Assembly (NCBI GenBank): GCA_964016885.1
Contig: OZ024750.1
Span: forward strand, 32,736,001 to 32,800,000
Length of the DNA stretch: 64,000 bases
Reading direction: 5' to 3'
Origin: Eledone cirrhosa
Taxonomy: Eukaryota
The notes below the pieces were generated by a model that worked only from the letters and a program-made list of their open reading frames with translations, had not been told where the DNA came from and made no database searches. The translations under genes and the position numbers were made by a program. Positions 1-11,000 of the stretch are shown here, in pieces (the first letter of the stretch is position 1; each line of letters opens with the position of its first letter).

Positions 1-134
1 CCCACTTCCCAAGTGTCCCCTCCGTTCATATTCTTCATTGCTACTATGCCAGTATAGACAAAAAAAATAGTGTTCTTACAATGTTCTTCCCCCTTCTCTT
101 CCATTAATTCACCTTCCTTGTCCAAACCCTGTCA

Positions 135-450
135 GAATGGAGAGCTAGGCCTACCTTATAATACATGACTAGGTGTAACTCAGTCATTCAAATCTACTAA
201 CATGACACAACCTAGAATATAGTGCCGGGCACACACCTTACAATATACAACTAGGTTTAATTCAGTGTTACAAAGCCAGTTACATAACACAACCCAGGAT
301 GGACAGCTAGGCACACCTTATAATATACAACTAGGTGTAACTAAATCTTTCAAGGCCACTCACATGACACAACACAGATTGTTTAGCCCAAACACAGTGT
401 AAAATATACAGCTAGATGCAACTCACCCTTCCAAACCCCTCACATGAGAT
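135..450. repeat. Degenerate tandem repeat, about 4 copies of a ~81-bp unit
   Basis: CTAGGTGTAACT-like motif recurs at 169, 251, 331 and 412 (spacing 80-82), with shared flanks CACCTTA-AATATACAA and CATGACACAAC. Confidence 0.75.
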
Positions 451-519
451 AAAACTTTTTTGCAGGAGTATATCACACCTGCAATTCTCATCAATGCCTT
501 TTCATTGCTGTTACAACAA

Positions 520-797
520 TAAAAATGCATACAGTCACTCTGTAAAATGGTAGTGCTGGTGTCATGATGAAAAGCATCTAAACCATCCTGCAAGGTAGCA
601 GTGTCAGAGTTACAATAAAATGTGCCCAGTACACACTGTAAAGGGATTCACATTAGGAAGGGTAGCCAGCTATAAAAAAATGAATGGAAAACAGAACGTA
701 TGAGCAAAAGGTGGTCACCTGACTTGTATAACCTCTCTACATGGTAAACCATCTAACCCATGCAAGCAGTGAAAATAGGTGTTAAACAATGATGATA
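520..797 (+). mobile_element. Degenerate SINE body with RTE-type tail
   Basis: CCCAGTACACACTGTAAA...TTAGGAAGGGTAGCCAGCTATA and tail TCTAACCCATGCAAGCAGTGAAAATAGGTGTTAAACAATGATGAT, shared with the 13729-14105 and 14989-15101 elements. Confidence 0.6.
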
Positions 798-922
798 GGT
801 ATGATCTATCTATATATCTATCTAGCTAGCTAATATAGGTTATTTCTAACAGACTCTAAACAGTACCTTCTATTTACATCACATCACCCAAAACACATGA
901 AAGATTTACAATGAGTATGTAT

Positions 923-931
<9 letters not shown>

Positions 932-1012
<81 letters not shown>

Positions 1013-1044
1013 ATTATTATTATTATTACTATATATATATATAT
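932..1044. repeat. (AT)n / (TAT)n microsatellite
   Basis: Direct reading. Confidence 0.95.
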
Positions 1045-1179
1045 CATCAACATCATCGTTTAACGTCCATCTTCTACGCTAGCATGGGTTAGACGGTTTT
1101 GTTCCATTTGATGCGGGAATGGTGGGGTGACACTGTCTCGCTCACCAGGAGGCGTCTCTGGCAGGTTTTTTTACAGCTG

Positions 1180-1180
<1 letters not shown>
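1044..1180 (-). mobile_element. Retroposon 3' fragment (RTE-type tail)
   Basis: Reverse complement reads CCGTCTAACCCATGCTAGCGTAGAAGATGGACGTTAAACGATGATG, the same tail as 12745-12805. Confidence 0.65.
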
Positions 1181-1221
<41 letters not shown>

Positions 1222-1224
<3 letters not shown>

Positions 1225-1339
1225 TATCCTTATAATCGTTTTAATATCCGCTTTCCCTGCTAGCAAATGTTGGATGGGTCTGCATTGACCAAGTCATTAC
1301 TGAAGTAGAGCTACTGACCTTCCACACAGGGTAAGGGTC

Positions 1340-1399
<60 letters not shown>

Positions 1400-1469
1400 T
1401 AGACCCTAGCCTGTGTGGAAGGTCAGAAGACTAGCAGGGAAAGCAGATATTAAAACGCTGATGATGATA

Positions 1470-1472
<3 letters not shown>
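1222..1472. mobile_element. Head-to-head inverted pair of SINE 3' fragments around an (AT)n spacer
   Basis: 1222-1343 (-) and 1398-1472 (+) both start AATAGACCC...CTGTGTGGAAGGTCAG and end CTAGCAGGGAAAGC(A/G)GATATTAAAACG. Confidence 0.7.
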
Positions 1473-1518
<46 letters not shown>

Positions 1519-2004
1519 TAGGTTTTTTTTCTAAAATGAAAAAAAAACGAGATGTCCTACACAAGTGAAAGTATAAGGAAAAAAGATGAAATCGAAAATG
1601 CAACTGGAGCTTTTTAAGAATATTTATTTGGTTCCTTTACCAGTCTTGCAGTTCTTATGCTTTTCAAAAGTAGAATTGAGATGGAGGGTTTCTGGTTTTT
1701 CTTGCATATATATATATATATATGTCTAAAGAGAGAGGGAGATAGGGAGAGATTTGTCCCAAAAGTAAAGGTACTGATTTTCCCATGTATATATATATTC
1801 TGAGTAGAAAATTAGCAATATTTTAAAGTTTCAGTTTTGTCACTTTATCTGGCAAGAAGATGAAGCAACCAAGCTGAGACTTCAATGACACTACAACATT
1901 TATATTGAGAAAATATAATTTGACTCTAACTACAAGTATTGAGTGTTCATTCAATTAACATTTCAGCCATCTTTATATATATATATATACAAACACACAC
2001 ACAG

Positions 2005-2045
<41 letters not shown>

Positions 2046-2049
2046 TATA

Positions 2050-2210
2050 GAAAAGGACTAGAAATGTTTCATTCGTAAGGAATGATCATCATCATGATTT
2101 CTTATGAATCAAACAGTTGTAGTCCTGTAGAAGTCATTCTATAATAAAGAAACTATATCTATACACTAGTAACTTATTGAGTACCTCTTCAAACTGTGGT
2201 CACTTCCCTA
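2050..2210. mobile_element. Penelope-pLTR-like repeat family B with internal inverted arrangement
   Basis: AGGACTAGAAATGTTTCATTCGTAAG is an imperfect inverted repeat of CTTATGAATCAAACAGTTGTAGTCCT; downstream TATTGAGTAC...ACTGTGGTCA is shared in reverse with 3995-4118 and 6062-6180. Confidence 0.5.
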
Positions 2211-2343
2211 TATACACTGGTAATATTCTTATAATATTACACATATATATAGATAACTATATATATGTATGTATATATACATATATATACATATGAATAT
2301 ACATATACATGTATGCATATTTTTTTTTGTATATATATATAGG

Positions 2344-2387
<44 letters not shown>

Positions 2388-2485
2388 GGAACGATCGACT
2401 TTCGTCAAATCGGACCGAGGAAACAATGTTTCCATTGGTCTTTCCAATTGCTAATACTATCTATCGGTCGCAACTCCAGGTAGAA

Positions 2486-2603
2486 GGAGCAACATGAAAT
2501 AAAGTGTCTTGCTCAAGGACATAACCCATCGCCCGGTCCAGGAATCGAACTCACAACCTTACGATTGCGAATCCAATTCTCTAACCACTCAGCCACACGC
2601 CTT

Positions 2604-2604
<1 letters not shown>
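2486..2604 (-). mobile_element. tRNA-derived CORE-SINE 5' part
   Basis: Reverse complement has A-box TGGCTGAGTGG, B-box GAGTTCGATTCC, then CORE-like CCTTGAGCAAGACACTTTATTTCATGTTGCTCC. Confidence 0.8.
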
Positions 2605-3200
<596 letters not shown>

Positions 3201-3578
3201 TCCTAGTTGTAATCAATTATTATAATGATCAAGAAGGTTTTTATATAGTTATTGTTATCAAATGTCGTACACACATAACTCTTTATTTAAAATGAATTAG
3301 AATTAATTAAAAAATTTGAAATTATCATAATGAAAGCTGTGAATATTTTTCAGAAGATTTTCAAGCAGCCCGCTACTAAGTGTGTATATCTGTTGAAAAT
3401 GACAAGAGATTCCGCTAAGTATGGAGATGTAGGTGTATGGTGAAGATGGTAATTGTCAGAAGAGGTGGTACAGGTGATAGTGGAATCATAAGTTGTTAAT
3501 GGTGGGAGGGAAGAAAAAGCTGGAGTGTAGATACTAGATACTAGAAATGTTGTATTTCGTGGATACATGTATGTACAT

Positions 3579-3579
3579 G

Positions 3580-3640
<61 letters not shown>

Positions 3641-3662
3641 ATATATATATATATATGTATAC

Positions 3663-3720
<58 letters not shown>

Positions 3721-3742
3721 ATATATATATATATATGTATAC

Positions 3743-3815
<73 letters not shown>

Positions 3816-3896
3816 CATATACATATATATATATACATATATATATATACATATATATATACATATATATATATACATATATATATATACATATAC

Positions 3897-3928
<32 letters not shown>

Positions 3929-3942
3929 ATATATACATATAC

Positions 3943-3991
<49 letters not shown>
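3579..3991. repeat. Interrupted (AT)n microsatellite
   Basis: Direct reading. Confidence 0.95.
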
Positions 3992-3993
<2 letters not shown>

Positions 3994-3994
3994 T

Positions 3995-4118
3995 TAATCC
4001 GGGTTCAGTCGGAGGTAACCACAGTAAGTAAGGTACTCAATACATAGCAGAATATAAATGTTTAATATAGAAAAGCTTCTACAGGACTAGAACTGTTTCA
4101 TTCATGCGAAATCATTTA
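3995..4118 (-). mobile_element. Repeat family B copy
   Basis: ACCACAGT...GTACTCAATAC...CTTCTACAGGACTAGAACTGTTTCATTC is the reverse complement of the 2100-2205 sequence. Confidence 0.55.
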
Positions 4119-4517
4119 TATATATATATATATGCATACATATATATTCATATATATATATATATATATATAATATATATAATATATATATATATATGTA
4201 TAATATATATAATATATATATATATATACATATATACATATATATATATACATATATACATATATATATACAAATATGTATACACACACATATATATATA
4301 TATGTGTGTGTGTATATAAGTTTGAGTGTGTGTGTATGTGTGCCTGTTTAGATATAGTGTGTCTAAGGTACAAGGACTGGAAAGGCCACAAAAGTAGTAC
4401 TCAATGCATGACAATATGCAGAGTAGGTGTGGTGAAGTGTAGAGGACTTGATAATACTTATAGTAACCAAGTTAAAACAGGCAAGTTGAAACAGGCTCTG
4501 TTGGGGGCCTAATTCTT

Positions 4518-4561
<44 letters not shown>

Positions 4562-4600
4562 GTATATGTATATGTATATATATATATATATAGGGATCTG

Positions 4601-4638
<38 letters not shown>

Positions 4639-4726
4639 TGAATATGTATATAAAATGTTTGCTGAAGATATGCATAGAGTAGTTCCCTGAATTGTGGTCT
4701 CCCCAGTCCTAGCAACACAGGCACTC

Positions 4727-4758
4727 ACTCTCTCTCTCTCTCCCCCCTCTCTCTCTCC

Positions 4759-4838
<80 letters not shown>
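4727..4838. repeat. (CT)n-(AT)n compound microsatellite
   Basis: Direct reading. Confidence 0.9.
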
Positions 4839-4843
<5 letters not shown>

Positions 4844-5103
4844 CAACTACACTCTACTACCCTAAGTATCGAGTACTCTGAGGAGTAATGATCTAACCAG
4901 TTTCAAACTGAAACCATCCTGGTTTATATGTATATATACAAACACACACACATATATATATATATACATAATGTGCAAAATAATATTTACCCAGTCTGAC
5001 TGATATTTATTAGACTTCTGTTTGATGCTATAACACATAACTTAAACAACCAATCAATATTTTTGGGAAATACATGAACCTAGAGTCTCCTACTCTCATT
5101 ACA

Positions 5104-5410
5104 TGAAGTCACGTGGCTTAGTGGTTACAGTCTTTGGCTCACAATCATAAGGCCCTGAGTTCAATTACTGGCAACACCTTGTGGCCTTGAGCAACACACT
5201 TTATTTCATGTTGCAAATATTAGTTGTACCTGTAACATCAGGGACTATCCTTGTCAAAGATTCTCCGTTATACTGAATTTCCCTGAGAAATAAGCTAAAG
5301 GTGCTTGTGTCTGTGGAATGCTCTGCCACTTGCACGCTAATTTCATGAATAAGTGTACCCGATGTTCCCTCTATTGGAAGGTTCGTTGTTGGAACTAACG
5401 GAGGTACGCT
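5104..5410 (+). mobile_element. tRNA-derived CORE-SINE with a distinct body
   Basis: A-box TGGCTTAGTGG, B-box GAGTTCAATTAC, CORE-like CCTTGAGCAACACACTTTATTTCATGTTGC; body GTGTCTGTGGAATGCTCTGCCACTTGCACGCTAATTTCA is not found in the other CORE-headed copies. Confidence 0.7.
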
Positions 5411-5705
5411 ATATCCACAGACTGCACTCATTATACTTCTACACCATTTTGTGAATAATGATATGAGATTTAAAATAACCCATTGATGGATATTCCTGAT
5501 TGATAAGATTCAGGCAGCTGAAACTGTTTATTACAGTGGTAAATTATTCATGCATAAATACATACAGATACTGAGACCTACTTATATATATCTTAGTCTA
5601 TATGCATTTCTCTGTGTGTCCTTCTTTATACATTTATATATACACACATATACAGATATGTATATATATATATATATATATATATTTCAGGGATATCATA
5701 TTAAC

Positions 5706-5742
<37 letters not shown>

Positions 5743-5799
5743 TATATATAAAACTATATGACTATCTTAATTAAATCTTAACCATTTAACATCTCAGGG

Positions 5800-6018
5800 T
5801 ATGTCATGTATCATTATATTTTGTCTGATGAGGACGTACTGTTGTACATCTGAAATATTTATAATAAAATGTAATTGATCAAAAGAACATCTATTTTATT
5901 AATATTTATATTTTAATATTAATAACTCCGGAAAATTATTTATTTTAACTGTAGAGTGCTTCCAATCTATTGTAAAACTCATTCTTTGACATAATCATTG
6001 AATATCGTTTAACACTTT
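5800..6018 (+). mobile_element. Hammerhead-bearing short repeat (family A), copy 1; Penelope-pLTR/retrozyme-like
   Basis: Colinear with 6301-6530: CTGAYGAGGACGTACTG...GAAATAT...TTTATTAATATT...AATATTAATAACTCCRGAAAA...TGTAGAGTGCTT...AATCTATTGTAAAACT; flanked by (AT)n. Confidence 0.7.
5813..5875 (+). ncRNA. Minimal type-I hammerhead ribozyme
   Basis: Stem I AUUAUAUUUUGU/AUAAAAUGUAAU (12 bp incl. two G-U); core CUGAUGA 5825-5831; stem II GGACGUAC-UGUU-GUACAUCU; GAAA 5852-5855; 2-bp stem III with AUUU loop; AUA cleavage triplet ending at 5863. Confidence 0.7.
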
Positions 6019-6026
6019 AATATATA

Positions 6027-6061
<35 letters not shown>

Positions 6062-6064
<3 letters not shown>

Positions 6065-6233
6065 AGGAGGATTCCCGCTGTATATCAGGAGATGACCACA
6101 GTTAAAAAAATGTACTCAATACGTTAGCAGAGTATAGGCAACTTTATTTTATATTAGGAATGACCTCTTCAGAACTTTCCTGGTGATTTTTTACAAACGA
6201 AACCGTTCTAGACCTGTAAAAGTCATTTCTGTA

Positions 6234-6235
<2 letters not shown>
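6062..6235. mobile_element. Repeat family B: minus copy followed by a short plus copy with a decayed hammerhead-like core
   Basis: GACCACAGT...GTACTCAATAC...GGAATGACC (minus), then CTGGTGA...CGAAACCGTTCTAGACCTGTAAAAGTCATT (plus). Confidence 0.5.
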
Positions 6236-6300
<65 letters not shown>

Positions 6301-6303
<3 letters not shown>

Positions 6304-6530
6304 TACAGAAATATTCATGTATTTTATCTGACGAGGACGTACTGAAAAAACAGCACAGTACCTTCGAAATATATATAATAAAACATATATTTTGATTATG
6401 TGAATGTCTTCATTTATTAATATTCTGAATAATATTAATAACTCCAGAAAACTTACATGTAGAGTGCTTTTAATCTATTGTAAAACTATATTCATTGAGT
6501 AATCAATGAACCATATTAATCTTTGGTTAT
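6301..6530 (+). mobile_element. Hammerhead-bearing short repeat (family A), copy 2
   Basis: Homologous to 5800-6018; preceded by (AT)n. Confidence 0.7.
6317..6386 (+). ncRNA. Minimal type-I hammerhead ribozyme
   Basis: CUGACGA 6328-6334; stem II GGACGUACUG/CAGUACCUUC (6335-6365) closed by G-C; GAAA 6366-6369; palindromic UAUAUA stem III; AUA triplet ending at 6377; stem I UUUUAU/AUAAAA. Confidence 0.65.
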
Positions 6531-6662
6531 ATATATGTCAACAGTTGTATCAATATATCTGTAACATGAACTTAATTTATGAGTTTATCATTTTCTATAG
6601 AATTTATAAAACTTACTGTTTTGTAGATAGAAAGAGATATTTTGTATGATAGACATACACAG

Positions 6663-6739
<77 letters not shown>

Positions 6740-6967
6740 TGTGTGTGTGTGTGTGTTTGTGTGTATAATAGATATATTTTACCTACATATCTCTACATTA
6801 TTTTTATATATATATCTTTACATATATATATATTTATATATATGTTTGTTTGCATGTATATATATATCTGTGTGTGTGTATGTGTGATTGTGTGTGTGTT
6901 TGTGTGCATGTATATATTAGTGTTTGTGTCTGCATGTTTACAAATGTGTGTGTATATATATATATAT

Positions 6968-7313
6968 CATCATCATCATCACCATCATCATTTTACGTCC
7001 CCTTTTTCCCTGCTTGCAAGGGTGGGACGGGAACTGATTCTGGCTTGATTTCTACAGCTGGATGCCCTTCCTAATACCAACCTCATTTACAGTGAGTGCT
7101 GGGTGCTTTTTTACCGTGGCACCTCCACGACCACTTTTCAGTGGAATGATAGGGACCCTAGTCCTATCATCTCATTTCTACAGCTGAGTAAACTGGAGCA
7201 ATGTGAAATAAAGTGTCTTGCTCAAGGAAACAACACATCTCCCGGTCCGAGAATTGAACTCACAACCTTTCGATTGCAAGCCCAATGCTCTAACCACTAA
7301 GCCATGTGCCTCC
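6968..7313 (-). mobile_element. Full-length tRNA/CORE SINE with RTE-type tail
   Basis: Reverse complement: GGAGGCACATGGCTTAGTGG (A-box), GAGTTCAATTC (B-box), CORE-like CCTTGAGCAAGACACTT...CAGTTTACTCAGCTGTAGAAATG, TTAGGAAGGGCATCCAGCTGTAGAAA, (GAT)n tail; (AT)n on both sides; high identity to 13729-14105. Confidence 0.9.
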
Positions 7314-7334
7314 ATATATATATATATTTATATG

Positions 7335-7542
7335 TATAAGAGATATTTAATTTGTTGGAAATCCAACAAATATAGATGTTTACAACTGATTCAAAGCACT
7401 GGAAAGATTTCTGGAGTAAGTATTCAATTGATATTTAATAAATGGAAATTATATTTATAAAACCATATTTATTCTATTGAAATATATATAATAGAATAAA
7501 TATGGTTTTATAAATATAATTTCCATTTATTTAATATCAATT
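7335..7542. mobile_element. Family A copy 3 in inverted arrangement, forming a 53-bp-arm palindrome (7426-7542)
   Basis: Arms 7426-7478 and 7490-7542 are reverse complements with one mismatch; reverse complement of 7370-7445 matches the family A 3' region (CATTTATTAA...ACTCCAGAAA...AGTGCTTT...AATC...TTGTAAA). Confidence 0.75.
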
Positions 7543-7840
7543 ATATATATATATATATATATATATATTTAATAATGTGTGAGAGGAGGGAAATCCATGT
7601 GAATGATGTAACGACCGTGAAAATGTTCCGCTGCTGAAGGCAATATATAACAGCAGTGTAGTATTGTTGTTTAGCTTGTAATGAAGACTAGTCAGGCCTA
7701 TAGACAATAATCTGCTAATCCTCCTATCTAAGCAGTGATAACCACTGTGTTAATAACCAACAAATAATATATAATTAAATAAATATATACACATGCACTC
7801 AAAATATTTAAAAAAAAATTTTATACGAATATACTAAGAA

Positions 7841-8019
7841 TAAATAATAATAATAATAATAATAGTAATAATAATAATAATAGTAATAATAATAATAATA
7901 ATAATAATTGTTTCTACGTTAGGCACAAGGCCAGCAAATACCCAGTGCATTACTGGTTCTTTATTTTATCGACCCCGTAAGGATGAAAGGCAAAGTTAAC
8001 CTTGGTGGGATTTGAACTC

Positions 8020-8053
<34 letters not shown>
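7841..8053 (-). mobile_element. 5'-truncated Nin/Deu-domain-like SINE (7905-8019) between (AAT)n tracts
   Basis: Reverse complement GAGTTCAAATCCC...GCCTTTCATCCTTACGGGGTCGATAAAATAAAG.ACCAG...GCTGGCCTTGTGCC then (ATT)n. Confidence 0.8.
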
Positions 8054-8055
<2 letters not shown>

Positions 8056-8364
8056 CTTTCTTTATTAACTACAAGGGTTTACACAAAGTAGACATTAAGG
8101 ACAGTACAGGACAATACAGGACGGTAGAAAAGGGCATTTCTGCGTGTAAAAAACAAAAAACAGAGGATGTAATAATAGAACAATGAAAAAATAATAATAA
8201 TAGTAATAATAATAAAACCATGACAAAAACAATTTTGCTCTATTGATACTAATAAGCACTGAAGATCAGACTCCAATACTCTCAATCACTTATCTCTCTC
8301 TATCTCTACCTATTTCTTTCTCTGTCTCTCTCTATATATAAGTGTGTGTATATATATGTGTGTG

Positions 8365-8400
<36 letters not shown>

Positions 8401-8503
8401 ATATATATTTGTATATATATTTATATATGAGTGTGTGTATGTGTGTGTCTATATATATATATAAATATATTTGTATATATATTTATATATGAGTGTGTGT
8501 GTA

Positions 8504-8552
<49 letters not shown>

Positions 8553-8790
8553 GAAATTAGAAATGTGTTTTCCCCAACTCAAATTACCATATAGTGCTTG
8601 ACTAAAATTATTAATGTCATTTGCATAAGGACTCACATTAAAAACTAAAGATTTTCCCAAGGTTTCTTAGATAAACTACTTTGATGATGATGATGATGAT
8701 GATATATATTTTTATATATACATATATAATTTATTTAAAACTAACTCTTACAAATCTAGTTCAGTTTCTTTCATTTAAGAAAACATCAAT

Positions 8791-8838
<48 letters not shown>

Positions 8839-8852
8839 TATATATGTATATA

Positions 8853-8891
8853 TATCATCATCAACATTTTAAGTCTACTTTTCCCTGCTTG

Positions 8892-8941
<50 letters not shown>

Positions 8942-8982
8942 TAGCGTGGAAGATAGATGTTAAACAATGATGATGATGATGA
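8853..8982. mobile_element. Head-to-head pair of very short RTE-type tails around (AT)n
   Basis: Minus TGCAAGCAGGGAAAAGTAGACTTAAAATGTTGATGAT and plus TGCTAGCGTGGAAGATAGATGTTAAACAATGATGAT. Confidence 0.6.
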
Positions 8983-8995
8983 TATATATATATAC

Positions 8996-9060
<65 letters not shown>

Positions 9061-9190
9061 CATTGCATATTTATATGTGTATCTACCTATACTGCCTATA
9101 ACTCTGCATTGTATATATCTAACCAACTAACTAAAGTCTCTCATTGCTGTTTCTCTACATATACTTACAAATCTCTCTTTCTCCCTCTCT

Positions 9191-9230
<40 letters not shown>

Positions 9231-9487
9231 ATTTTTACCTCTTCTTTTAACTCTTTGTTCATTCTCCATACATACAAATGTACATATTTACAATACACAC
9301 ACAAACATATCTATATATATATACATAAATATGTACAGATATATATATATATATGTGTACATACATACATATATATATATGAACCGTGAGCTGATCAATA
9401 ACGAAACGTCTGTCACTACCCAATAAACGTAATTAAGACATAACAAATTGTCCTTTTTATTATTACTATTATTATTACTATTATTAT

Positions 9488-9542
<55 letters not shown>

Positions 9543-9599
9543 TACATACATATGTATATATATATATATTTGTGTGTGTGTGTGGTTGTGTGTTTTTGC

Positions 9600-9641
<42 letters not shown>

Positions 9642-10029
9642 ACAAGCATCTACATATTACAGTGTGTTCATATATATGTGGTGTGTTGTACGTAGCATCT
9701 AATGACCCAAGTGATTGCACCTTGCTATTTGTTTCTGCAGCACATATTTAAAGATTCATATATTTAAAGATTTATCTTTATTAAAACGGCGATCTAGAAA
9801 TATAGCTGAATTGAAGATATTTGTGAAAAATGAAGAGACACAAGACACCTGTTTAATGACATTTCTATTTTACAGGTATTACACCTGTTCTATCAAACAT
9901 GATATAGCACATGGGCACTGACCTTAACTATACACACACCACATTTATATGCACCATAAATATATGCAAATGCTGCATCAAACATATTTACGACATGGTA
10001 TGCATCGATCTGCATTGCAGAGAATTATA

Positions 10030-11000
10030 CTCACACACATACACAAACACATACACACACATATATATATATGTATGTATCCATATATACATACATAAAC
10101 ACACACACATATATATGTATATGTATGTATCCATATACAGACATATACAGACATACATACACACACATATATATATATGCACACAAATATATATATATAT
10201 GTGTATATCTACATACATACATGTACACAAATATATATGTCTATATATATGTGTGTGTGTGTATCTTTATACATACACACAAACATACATATATACTGTA
10301 TATGTATCTGTATACATACATGCACATACATACATATATATATATACATACATATATATATATACATGTGTTTGTCTGTGTAATATATATTTGTTTAAGT
10401 GCAATTATAATAATCACAATTACAACATATGCATGCATTTTAATGCATACATTCTATCTTTTGTATATATATTCAAGTGTTTTATCCATTCATATACATA
10501 TATATATACAATCTTATGTAAATTTGTTCAACAGTGATCATTTAAGCAGACACATACATGCATACATACAAACTCACCCACACACACACACACATATATG
10601 TATATATTTATACATACATGCATGTACATGTATATTTCAGTGTATGTATGTATGTAGATATGTATGTATGCTTACTTATTTAGTATTTTATACACTGCAA
10701 TATATTTTAGTATATATGTATGAGTATATATACATGTATATTTCATTATATTTATGCATCTATGCTTACATATTTAGTATTTTACACAGTTCTATATGTT
10801 TTCTTATAAGTAAGAGTGTATATACATGTATATTTCAGTATGAAGGTATGTATGTACGCTTGCATATTTAGTATTTTACACAGTTATGAGTACATATACA
10901 TGTATATTTCAGTAAAGATATGTATGTAGGTATGTCTGTTTGCTTGTATTTTTGATATTTTACACACAGTTTTATATTTTTGCATACAGGTATGAGTGTA
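10030..11000. repeat. Degenerate AT/AC/GT low-complexity tract with a recurring TACATGTATATTTCAGT unit
   Basis: Motif recurs near 10625, 10731, 10822 and 10897. Confidence 0.7.

Noticed and set aside
4870-4930. CTGAGGAG...GAAACCATCCTGGTT hammerhead-like string
   Set aside because: Stem III is plausible, but no convincing stem I or stem II pairing
5455-5552. TTGATGG...CCTGA/TCAGG hairpin...GAAACTG hammerhead-like string (similar weak cases at 1620-1675 minus and 1835-1890)
   Set aside because: Multiple core substitutions; cannot be separated from chance without a family consensus
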